Source: Monocercomonoides exilis PA203
Taxonomy: Eukaryota; Protista; Preaxostyla
Length of the DNA: 64,000 nucleotides
Direction: 5' to 3'
NCBI GenBank assembly: GCA_001643675.2
Contig: LSRY02000013.1
Span: 744,001-808,000 of the forward strand
Shown: in pieces, positions 51,541-63,062 of the stretch
Position numbering within the stretch: the first letter of the stretch is position 1
Layout of the letters: the number at the start of each line of letters is the position of its first letter
Program-made: the position numbers and the translations under genes
The notes under the pieces: model-generated
The model's database searches: none
What the model saw: only the letters and a program-made list of their open reading frames with translations
What the model was told of the DNA's origin: nothing

Positions 51541-53014
51541 TCTCAAGAGGAATGAAAGTCAATTTTGAGTTGAAAATTTTTATTTTTTTTCCGGATGATC
51601 AAATAGAAATAAATAATGGTTTTAAACACAATTGAAAATTGAAGAAATCTTTCTTTCAGCAAATCATTTTGTGGGCTTTTGAAATACATCTGGGGCACAT
51701 CCAAAGCATGTGGCTTTTTTTGGTTTTTGTTGCGCATGAATCGGTATTTGCTGAAGCAAATGAAATTCTTTCACTTCAAAAAATAAAATAAAATAAAAAG
51801 ATAAAATTGAATGAAAGATTAGAAAAAACCTTTTCAAAAAGAAATTGCTGTCCAATAAAAGCACAAAAAGGTGAAAATCTCCCATCCAAAAAAATGATCT
51901 CAAAATCACCATTTAAATGTGTTGTTTCGAATTGTCAAATGAATCCTTTCCAATTGCTCTTAAATGATGAGTCTTTCTTCATCCACCTTCTCTTTCTTCC
52001 ACTTGTCTGTTGATCAATTGCTCTCCCTTCATAACTTTCCTCCAACTTTCACATCATTTCATTGATCAATTCCTCTTCTTCTCTTCCCTCTTCTTCTCTT
52101 CATTTATTCTCTTTCTCATTCCTCTTCTTCTGCTTCTTTGCTCCAAACATATAAACAAGCTCTTCTGCTTTATTCGTTCCCCGCTTTCTTGCTCCTTCTA
52201 AATTTTGCATATTTATCCGATCAATGCAAACAACCAATGTTTTTAACTCAAAAATACTCATCTGCTTTTTTTTTCGAAGAAAAGATGCCTTTTAAGAAAT
52301 CCTTTGTTCCAATTGAGAGAATATGCAATGTGAACCTTCTCTTCTCATATTCTTTTTAAAAAAAGAAAAGAAAGAAAGAAGAAATTCCAAAAGATAAAAA
52401 AAAAAAAAAAAAACCAAATAAAAGAATTTTATACATTGTAATTAAAACTCAAAAATACATTTTCCAAAATAAATGAAAAATAAAAATAATTTCTTTCATT
52501 TCTCATTTCTCACATTTCTTCAAATTTTAATCATTCAAAAAAAACAATTTTAATCTGCAAACGAGCACAAACACAATTTGCCCTTCTTTGCCGGCTAAAT
52601 ATTCTCATTGCAAAATACTAATAACCCCATTCAACTCTTCTTCCTTCCCAATCTCTTGTTCTTCGCTTTCCGTTCTGCATTGGCCCTGCTTCCATCTCTT
52701 TCTTCTTCTTCTCATCAACCTCATCCTTTCATTTTCTTTTCAATTTTCTTCTTTTTCTTCTTTTTCTTTTCTCTCTTCCTTGTGCTCCAATGATGTAATC
52801 TTTTCTTCCCAAGCAATTCCCATCAATACAAATTCTCGCCAAAGCCAGCACTTTTCTGATAAAATTGTGTGTATTTCAAAAAAATAAAAGGTGCATCTTC
52901 AAAATATCTCGTGTCAAAATATCTAAAAAGATGATGGAGAATTGTGAAAGCAAATTGAATAGAATTTACAAATAAACGATTTATACCTTGGGATGAATGT
53001 TACTTGGTTGATGT

Positions 53015-53590
53015 TCAAGTGATGTTCAAAATATTGCTTTTCAATGTTAAAATGCAACCAACGCATTTTCGACAAATCCGATAAAGTTGCAATGGAAATG
53101 GAAACATATTCAAAGAAGAATGCAAATCGGAATGGAATTGAATGTGGATTTGGAAAATTGACGAAATCAAGGAAATATCATTGGCTTCACTTGGAAAGGC
53201 AAATATGACATATTGACCACTGAAGAAAATGTTGGCAAAAAATATGATGGAGTACTCAAAGGAATATTCTGTTGTTGAGCACGGTGTTTGTGGTGTTTTA
53301 TCAAAGGAATTAACATCTGCTTCGCTGTTGACAGCAGTTTTGCTCTGACTGTTCAAAAGGGGACTGCTGGCGGACTCTTCTTTTATGTGTTGCCTTTCTT
53401 CAGAATTTTTTGTTTGTTCTGGCTGTTGAACTGGACTGGCAAAATGAGGATTTGACAATGTTCCTTCAGTTGAATAAGGCCTCGCTTTCAATTCTATTGC
53501 TTCTGCATCTTCATCGCAAAAAAGAGTAGAGCAGTTCTGCTCTTTTCTTTTTCGATGCTGTATTAACAATAAGGTTTTATTAGGATTCTA
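53015..53590 (-). CDS. Hypothetical ORF, possibly an exon or gene remnant
   Basis: 184-aa open frame with a plausible upstream GT-AG intron; no recognisable motif. Confidence 0.25.
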
Positions 53591-55790
53591 CAGTTATCAG
53601 AACATTTTTAATGGTTCAAAATAATATTTCACGAAAAAAATTTTTGATTAAAACAAATATACGTACTATGTCAATAATTATATGAAACAGCTTTTTTTCC
53701 TTGTGGAAAAATTTTTTTCTCTAATTAATTGTTATTATTTATTCAAATCATCAATAATCATTTAAATTTAAAAACGTTCTTATTTTAAACTTTCTCAATG
53801 ATGAGACATGAAAATCAGTCATTTCTTATCGGATTCCAGTTTTTTTTTTTTTTTTTTTTTTTTTTGATTGATTGATTGATAGATTGATTAATTAATTAAA
53901 TAATTCGGATTTTAATAAAAATATGAAAATAAGACATTTCAGATGACTTTTAATTAATATTTTGAAAGAATACTTTTGTTTGATTAACAGCTTTTTTTTT
54001 TTTTGAAAAATCCACAATTAATAAAATTTCATCAGTGCGAACAGAATGATTGATTGTGCAAAAAATTCCTGACAAGAATGTTTTCCTAATAACCGTAAGG
54101 TGAATAATTCAGATAATTTTTCTAGAAATAATTTTATTTTTACAATCTCATTTGATATGCAATACTTTCATTTTAACTTTATTTATTCATGGAATAAAGT
54201 GAATATTATAATCTCGGAGAAACTCAAAATACTATTTCTCTAAGTTTTAAATACTAATTCTTCGCATTCTTTGTTTGATGCGGAAATGAAAGTCTGGTGC
54301 CCCAAAAGAGTTTGTTTCTATAAAACATGTTTTGTGGAAAATTGTCAGAATTATTCCTCTCACATTTATTGCAAAATCGATCTTATCCGGATCTTTTTTC
54401 GATATCCGGTATTTATTGTAGAGAATATATATAAGAATTAGGGTGAATTATTTGTTAAATCAAAACAACTTTAAGGATACAGGTTTCTCAAAGGTTTTCA
54501 ATCATTGGAGAGATTATCTTCATACGAATGTTGAATGGAATTCGACTGTTTGAAAATTCAGTGTTTGAGATGAATTGATGACAAGTTTGTTCGTGAATTG
54601 TATGATTTCTTCCCGTTGTTCATTTGAAAATTAACAAAACAAAAAATCAAGAAGAATTCATTGATTGAAAATAATGTGTTTTCAAAAATAATCCCTAATA
54701 TTACATTATTATAAATAAACAATTTAATATCATTAAAGAAACCTAACAAAAAAATATTCATATTTCACTAATACTTTTCATGATTCAATGAAAAACACAA
54801 CGCTTTATGCAAAAAAATTTTGTCAATAATAATAATATTGGACAAAATATTTGACTTCAAGAATTTTCATAGAAATATTTTGTATCTTCGATAAACTTTT
54901 TGTGATCAAAAATATTGAAATAAATGAGTAGATTTTTTTATTACGTTTGAGATCACTAAACATAATGTTATAGTATCAATGATGTTTGTTCACAGTAATG
55001 AAAATCCAATTAATGAATATTGAAATCTGATTCAGTCAAAAAATGTTATTAGAGAAATAATTTTTTTCATGCTTTGTTCATTAAAGGCTTGAAAGTCCAT
55101 ATTTTCCCACATTTTATAAATCTTTAAAACTATGAAAATGTTTCTGTTTGGGGGGAAATAAGAACATTCAAGCTTTTTTTGCGCAAGGCATTGAAAAATT
55201 GCTTTACTCATAACATTTTTTCGCTTTCTCAGATTTCAAAATAAGTTAGATTTTCATTTTCTGAAACAGGCATCATTGAAATCAAAACATGAAGTCTTGT
55301 AACATTTCACGAATGTCAGAAAATAGACCTATTTTTATTGTGTTTTTTATTCTCAAAAATTCAATGAAAAGTACATATTATTTCAGTGAAAATGCTTGAA
55401 GCATAATATTTTGCCACATTTCGTAAAATAATTATTTATTTTTGAAAAAATACTTGATAAAAGTTTTTCTATTCCAAGATGATGGATTTCAGAAAATAAA
55501 AGATTGAAATTCAATAAGTGACATGCTGTTATTCAAGAATTTTCATTGATATGAAGTGGCAAATCCGTTTTGCTAAATCTTTCAAATAATGTCAAGATAT
55601 GATCACTATGTTTTCGAATCTGAAAAATATTATTTCCGAAAGTCGAATAATCTATCAAAAGAAGATCATTATTTGTCTCTTTTCGAGGGAAAAAAACCAC
55701 TGATTGCTTTCGGTTTCATAAAAAAACAATCACCTTTGATGAAAATTGGGAAAAAAATCAATTTTTGATAAAAAAAAAATAAAAATAAAC

Positions 55791-56004
55791 ATATGGCTGA
55801 TACTTTTTGAAATCATATTTTTGTTCGAGTTTTGAACAAAATTTTAATCTCAATGGGATTTTTGAGAAAATATTTATCTGATATTACAACATCACGAATA
55901 AGATGTATTATCAGTTTAAGCTCAATTTTTCTAACTCCCATTGAGATAAATATTTTGATCAAAACTCGAGCGAATGTGTGATTTCAAAAAGGATCAGCCA
56001 AATA
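55791..56004. mobile_element. Foldback / MITE-like imperfect palindrome, about 210 bp
   Basis: Left arm TGGCTGATACTTTTTGAAATCA..TCGAGTTTTGAACAAAAT..ATCTCAATGGGA pairs with right arm TCCCATTGAGAT..ATTTTGATCAAAACTCGA..TGATTTCAAAAAGGATCAGCCA. Confidence 0.7.
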
Positions 56005-56099
56005 TCATTTTTGGATTGAAGAAAAATATTAAAGATGAGGAAATAAAAACAAATCAAAATCTTCTATTTAATAAAAAATTTCATTTGTGTTGAAAACTG

Positions 56100-56155
<56 letters not shown>
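56100..56155 (+). repeat. Poly(A) tract, about 56 nt
   Basis: Directly visible homopolymer. Confidence 0.9.
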
Positions 56156-56158
<3 letters not shown>

Positions 56159-56513
56159 GTTTGACTACAAACAAAAAAGTGAGCACTAATATAATAACAC
56201 TTGTTATTCATAAGGCAAATTAAAAATTATTTTGTTTCGAAATTGTATAATTCTTTTTCGAATTCGAATCATTATTGGTGTTGTTTTGCATGAAAAAAAT
56301 ATTGAAAAATTATAAAATTGAGAAAATAATATCGAATGTTTTATAGGGATCATAATTTTGAAAAAAAGAAATCTTATTTTTTCGAATTTTCCGGACTTTC
56401 ATGAAAATTCGGCCATCGAAAAGTTCAAACATAAGTTAATCCAAAGAAATATTCAACACTATTTTTCTTGGAAAAAATATTTCATCGTTCATTCTAATAT
56501 TCTGATTGCAATA

Positions 56514-58548
56514 GGTTAGTGTTTTTATTGGCACCTTTTTTTTTATTGGCACCTTTTTTTTTATTGGCACCTTTTTTCTATTTCTTTGTGAAAGATAAAA
56601 TTTTCAATAAGAAACAAAGATTATATGCACAAACAATTGTTTTTATCATCAGCGGATGAACAGATGTGCTTATTTAATTTCGGGTCAACAGTTAAATATG
56701 TTAGTGAAATTATCGTATGAAAAAAACATGACAAATTCTTTTTAAAAACAAATTGAATATACAAAAATTTATTAAAGCAAATACTTCATATATCAAAACT
56801 TGAAATGTCTTCTGGCTGCTTAAAATGGACTTTTTTTTTGATCATTACCCAAAAAATTGATTGGTTTTTTTATGATCAAAAAAAAAGCTGAAGAAGGAAA
56901 AAGAAAAATGCAAGCAGAAATGGCGTCGATAAACTATCGCATTTATGAAAATAGACTCGAGAGAATGGCGCGAATTCTGATTGACGGAAAAGCCAGGCTT
57001 GTGGATGCAACCAACTTCGGTGAATTTTCAAAAAAAACTCTCATTCATGCAGTGAAGGCTGTAAAAAGTGAAAGGGATGTTGCCAAAGTAGGAAGACCGT
57101 CATTGCTGCGCAAGGAAAAAAAGGAAATTGTTACAGACGTTATAAAAATTGAAGCAAAGTGTGGAACAAACCTAACAGTGAAAAAAACAAAAGAATTGGT
57201 TTGCAAAATATATTTATTTTCTATTTATTTGTTTCTATTTAGATTGAAAATGTGATTGAAGATGAAGATTCTGATATTAAAGAAGATGCTTCACCAAAAA
57301 AAGAAATTTCAAAATCAGCTGCTTATTCCTTCTTGCGAAATCAGCCCGAATTGAAATTACAAAAGCCAAAAATTTTGGATTCAAAACGTCTTGCCGCATC
57401 TTGTCAGGACGTTTTGAAGCCTTGGTACGAAATGCTTGATGATTTGCATTCAAAATATAAATACAGAAGGGAGTTAATCTTCAATGTAGATGAAACTTCA
57501 CTAAGATTATCCGATAATTCACAAAAACTTGTTGCAACATCCTCAGAGTCTCCTTCAGCCTATTGCCTTGCTCCTTCGAGGGTGCGAAACGCGACGCTTG
57601 TAGCTGCTGTTGCCTCGGATGGCTTTTCTTTACCCACAATTGTCCTTTGGCCAAGTTCCAATGTTCCGGAAGAGTTAACTCCTCTCCTGTCTCCTTCGCT
57701 AGATGTGTGGAGCAATACAAACGGTTGGATGAACTTTTCTCTATTCGAAAGATACTCTTTGCGTGTTCTTCTTCCAGAAATATTAGAAAGAAAGAAAAGG
57801 ATGAAATTGACTGAAGAGAGATGTTTGCTATTCGTAGATTCGCACAGCTCTCGTGCAAACCCTATAATTTGGAGAAAATTTATGGAATCGAATGTGGATG
57901 TTATCACATTTGTTCCTCACACAACACATATTTCACAACCTCTCGATAGAGGTGTTTTTGCTGTTCTTAAATCGGTTTTAAATTCATCAATAGAAATCCC
58001 TCAATCTTCAACAGCTTCTTCCAACAGAAAGGCTTTGGCAGACATCCTTCCTCAAGCTCTTCATTCTGCATTCGCACCATCAGTAATAAAGAATGCATTT
58101 GATGCAAGTGGTGTTTTGTTTAAATCCTCAGGACCAGTTTTACGTAAATTACCCAAACACTCTTCTTTTCCTTTGCCCACTTATTCAAATCGTTTTGATT
58201 TTTACGGAAAACTGCTCACAAATGAGGATTTCTTAGAAAAGTGGGAAGAAGATATATTTATTCGAACAAGTGCGAAATGTTCCGAAGCCGAAGATGAAAC
58301 AGAAAACATTGAAGATACTCTTCCAATTAAGTCAAAGAAGAAAAGAGTTTATCGAAGAATTTTGCATGATGATTTGGAAAACATCGAAGAAGAAAATTCT
58401 ACAGATCAAAGTTTTGGAAAAAGAAAAATTCGAAGACTATTTGACCCAAGTTTTGTTTATTTTTGCTAATTGAGTCTGTATTTTTTGAATTTTATCACTT
58501 CAAAAATTTGGTGCCAATAAAAAAATGGTGCCAATAAAAACACTAACC
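56514..58548 (+). mobile_element. pogo/Fot-like (Tc1-mariner superfamily) DNA transposon, apparently intact
   Basis: Perfect 22-bp TIR GGTTAGTGTTTTTATTGGCACC ... GGTGCCAATAAAAACACTAACC, flanked by TA at 56512-13 and 58549-50. Internal TTATTGGCACC repeats occur 3 times on the left and twice on the right. Confidence 0.93.
56872..58469 (+). CDS. DDE_1-type transposase (DD35D), 2 exons
   Basis: A 44-nt phase-0 intron at 57199-57242 (GTTTGC...TTTAG) fuses the two ORFs. Motifs: GRPSLL, IFNVDETSL, NGWMN, LLFVDSHSSR and PHTTHISQPLDRGVF, with 35 residues between the second and third Asp. The start could instead be 56908 or 56920. Confidence 0.9.
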
Positions 58549-58781
58549 TATATGAAACTTTTTTGTATCAAATTTTTGATAAAAAAACATCTCTGTGAGT
58601 TCAAATATTTCTGATAAAAAACCTTCACTTCATAAATAATGAATTTGAAAAGAATCTTTGTAACGAAAAGATAAAACTTCACATATTCTGACGTGTTTTG
58701 TCCTATTAAAGCTTCAAATAATTGATATTTTTTATTTCAAAATGATCACAAATCAGTGAACCTTGGATTGAGAGTATTTGT

Positions 58782-61700
58782 TCAATCAAAACTTGAAGGA
58801 TCAATTCCCTGCCTCTTCATCTCTTCTTTCATTTCTCCTCCAAAAAACTTTGATGCAATCACAGTCTCAGATAATCCCTTAGTTGATAAAAGCAAAAGAA
58901 TAAATACATTAAAAAAAGAAAGAAAGAAAGAGAAAAGATAGCAAGAATATTCAGAAATCCAAATTGAAAAATAAGAAATTCGCAAAAATATAGTTTTAAA
59001 AAAAATAGTTTTTAAAATTTGAAATCAAACCTTTCTTCTCCTTGTCTTCAGCATCAGCTCTCTCGACAGTGCATCTGGAGGTGATGGTGTGAATGGGATG
59101 ATCGTCACTGTCTGATCCATCGGGTCACCCGGTGCAATGTCCCAGTGGTCAAACATCATCTGCACAAACGCCTGCCCTTGTGTATACGCCCTCAAATCCG
59201 TCTCAAAGCCAAAGCTGTCCAGAGAAGGCACAAAAGCCGTGATTGTCTGCAGCGGCGTCCCAGGCAGAGGGCCTTCCTCAATCACATGCCCCCTCCTCCT
59301 CCCCAACACCTTCATAGCAGCCTGCGCGCAATCTGCCGGGCACACGATACAACACCGCAGCATCGGCTCCATCAGCCTCGGGCTTGCCAGCATCAGCGCG
59401 CCCTGGCATGCACACTGGATGGCTGCCATAATCTGCGTGGGTGCTCTGTCGCTGGATTTGGGTGAAATATTCGCTTGCACCAGGCGGAATGACACATTTC
59501 GCAGGGGCTCAGAGCAGAGCGGGCCGTCTGAGGCGACAAGGGAGAAGCCGCTGACGATGGAGCGACGGATGGAAGAGAGCGCCTTTGTGTAGTCGTCGTA
59601 GGTGTTGTAGTGGTGGATGGGGAGAGTGCTAGTGGTAGTAGTAGTAGAAGAAGTGGAGGAGGAAAGATTTGATGTGAGTGAAGAAGAAGCAGAGGATGAA
59701 GTGAATGAAGAAGAAGAAGAAGAAGAAGATGATGATGATGAAGCAACAGAAGTGAGATAATAAGTGAGTGTATCGTTGATAAACAGATTCGGAGCAGACG
59801 CATCAATTCCAGATGACCACACGCTCTGTGCCTTTCTTTTACCTTTGCTGTCTGCTTCCTCCTCCTCTTCTTCTCCCATCTCAACAATCTTCCTCCCTTC
59901 ATACTCCTGCTTAATCTCATTCTCCATCGCCTCTGCCACAACTGCAAAGGAGTTCCTTCCATTCCCTGTGACCGCCACACACGGCATCGTCGGCTCATCA
60001 CCAACTGTCTCACAAAGCGGCACAAACGGATCAGATATTTTCACCTCTGCCTTCGCAAACACCTCCCTCAGATCATACATAGCACAGTCCAAGTACAACT
60101 CCCCCGTGCCTGTGAGTGTGATCTCCCCTGTCTCTGATAGCCCTGTCGTCGCCCTGCTCGGTACATGCACATCCAGCACAGGATACGTCTTCCCCAGACA
60201 CCGCAGCCCTTCCACCAGACGCGGCGTGTCCTTCGGGTGGATCGCTTCCACTGCAATGCGAAGTGATGGCGTCGTGTTGAACTGCAGCTTTCGGAACACA
60301 TTTGGCGCTGTCCGTAATTTTCCGTTGCGGAACAGCCGTTTGTATAGTTTGGAGAATGGAGAGTGCTCAGTTGATTCTGAAGTTGCTGCTGATTTGCTGC
60401 CTTCCACATCCATTCTGATCTCTTTCATATCGTCTGAATCTTCACTATCATTGTCACTTTCGTCTTCTTCTTCCTCTTCATCCTCTTCATCTACAATCGC
60501 ATTTGTAATCGTCGCCCTCTTCGATATCTCCTGATCCACCCCTTCCAACATCACCCAGTTTCCCGGCCCCATCTCTTCCACCTCCACAAAATACCTCCCT
60601 TCCCCGACAATCACTCTCTCCACTGTGCATTCTCCTCTGTCTTCTTCATTTCGCTGTGGATGGAAGTCTTCCCTGAGAACAGCCACTCGCATCCCTTTCT
60701 TCACTGTCCCGCTGTGGATGCGCCCAAACGCCCGAAAGCGCGTGATGGGGCCTTGCGCCACCAGACCACCTCCGACAGATGAGCTGCCAAACTCAGAGGA
60801 AGAAGAAGAAGAAGATGATGATGATGATGACAAGCTTTGCTCAGCACTCTCTTTCTCTCTCTGCAGCTGCTGTGCGTGTTCCACAAGCGGATCGAGGGTG
60901 ATTGGGTACATCTTGACAATGTCTATCATCAATGGGCCTTTTGGATCCATCGCTTTCATCGCAGTAGCAAAGGGATCGCTGAACGAGCCTGAGTAGATTG
61001 ACTTGATTCTGCTCAGTGGATATGGAAGATTCTGTGAATGAGAAGAAGAAGAAGATGATGATGAGATTGAAAGTTCAGATAATTCATTAGCCAAAGCAGG
61101 AGAAGCAGGAGAAGCAGGAGAAGCAGAAGACGAATGTGATGAAGTGTTAGACAAAAGATGAGTATTTCTTCGATTTCCAGAAACAACCAGAGGATTTGGT
61201 GGCTGCACATGCTGCACAATGGATTCTACAAGTGAAGAAGGATCGCCGAAGAGCCTGGAGAACACAGCTGGCAGAAGCTCATGTGGTGAAGCTGCCAAAA
61301 TCTGGTCAGACATTTTGCCCTTTGCAAAATGAGTGGTTGCAATCGATGGGTCGATGTGCGCAGCGATGTCTTCTTCTTCCTCTTCATTCATTTTCCCCCC
61401 GTTTATTTTTCCCTTCTTCGAGTTTTCTTTGTTCAAGTTGATGTGCAGTGGAGCAAGCACATTCTTCTTGATGTCTTCCCCTGACTCTGCAAGCAGCTGC
61501 CCCGTAATTTTGTAGATTGGGTTCAGCACAAACTCGCAAAAAGTCCTTTGAATAGAACGACCTTGCAATGATTTCTTACTCCTCGCAAACCGATTCGCTT
61601 GTCTGTCGTAAAACCAGTCGCCCCACAGATGCCTCGCAAACGCAGCAGGATCTACAGACAGCCGGTGCACTTTGCAGTGCACAGCCGCAAATGACTGCAG

Positions 61701-62878
61701 GCTAAAGAGGTACCCGTGGCGTGTGGAAGCAAACAGAACATTGCCCAGCACAGGTGAAAGAACAGGGCGAGGCGGCTCTTCTGGATTGGCTAAGGATTCT
61801 TTCAGTTCCTTTTCTGGTTGTTGTGATGATCTTTCCGTTGATAAGTGAAGTGCTTGTTTGTGTATCATGCTGTTTATCTGTTGGATGACATACCTAATCT
61901 TTGCATAGGCATCGTTTGGTGGAAGTTTCAATTCCACTATCAGTCGATCCATTTTTGACAGCACAAGAATTATGTTCAAGCCATTTTGAAGAGCATCTCT
62001 TATGATCATTTCAATCTGCATCGGAAATACAATTCCCTCTGCCACATCCACCACAAGAATCACTCCATCACTCACTCTAATGGCAGCTGTTGCCTCGTCA
62101 TAAAAGTTTGTGTGGCCAGGAGTATCCATTATGTGAAGAAGATATGACTTCATTTGCCCATTTTGGACAACTAAAGAAAGGGGACAACTTTTAACAGAAA
62201 CTTTTCGTTCATGTTCATCTTTTCGCACTGCAGTGAATTGGGGCTGTTCCAGATAATTAGAATAGTTTAATATTTATTTATGTTATGATTATTGTTTTAA
62301 GATAAAGAACAGATGAGATAATAAGTGCAAGACTAATATCAAATAAACCTTCATTTGCTCTACGTGCGTAACTTTTATAAAAAGATCCATCAACGAAGTT
62401 TTTCCTGAGTGAAGTGGTCCAACAACGCAAACATTTCTAATCATTTCAGGCATTGTCGATAATTCCGCAAGAAATCTCATGCTAAATCTCGTTTCAGGAT
62501 ATTTGCTAGTATCTGTAATGACTAAATCAAAACGTTTAGTATCAACAGGTTTAACAATAGGCTCTTCAATTGGTTGTGCATCTTCATCTTGCACAAGAAC
62601 TTCTGCGCCGGGGTAAAGTGACTCTGCAGTTGGAAAGCGAGATTTCTCAACAATTGCTATATAATGTCATCGAGATTTTAAAATGGCAATTTTTATATTG
62701 AGACAAAAAATATTTAAATTAATAAACCAGTTTCATGTGAAATGGTCTCTTCTTCAACACTCAATTTATCTTCTTGCTCGCTTGGCTCTTGTTCAGATTC
62801 GCTCATAATTTCTTCACTGTCGCTAAAATCATCGCCTCCAGCGAGTAAATTGCCAAATTCATCAAACGTGGCGTCCAT
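58782..62878 (-). CDS. SNU114: U5 snRNP 116-kDa GTPase (Snu114/EFTUD2)
   Basis: Acidic N-terminus MDATFDEFGN; QDEDAQPIEEPIVKPV; G1 GPLHSGKT; G3 DTPGH; G4 SKMD; ELKLPPNDAY; SFGFETDLR; terminal KTRRRK|GLSETVIASKFF. Multi-exon. Confidence 0.95.
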
Positions 62879-63062
62879 TTCACTTATTAAGGTCAGAACT
62901 TGATCTTTCAAAAGAAACTTTCATTTTTCAGGCAAGTCACAATTTTATTTTATGATATTTAACAAATAAATGCGTTTTGAAATAAAGAAAAAAAGTTTGA
63001 TCGCACACATATTAAATAATTATCACAATTTATCAAGCTGATTTCAAGCTTTATTTGATTAA
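62879..63062. promoter_or_regulatory. Putative bidirectional promoter
   Basis: 184-bp AT-rich spacer between the divergent ATGs at 62878 and 63063. Inferred from layout only. Confidence 0.45.

Noticed and set aside
53839-56155. Poly(T) and poly(A) tracts bracketing 2.3 kb as a possible retroposed or inverted element
   Set aside because: No TSD, ORF or terminal similarity beyond the homopolymers was found.
56524-56576. Repeated TTATTGGCACC units resembling a short CRISPR-like array
   Set aside because: The spacers are just T-runs; these are subterminal repeats of the pogo-like transposon.
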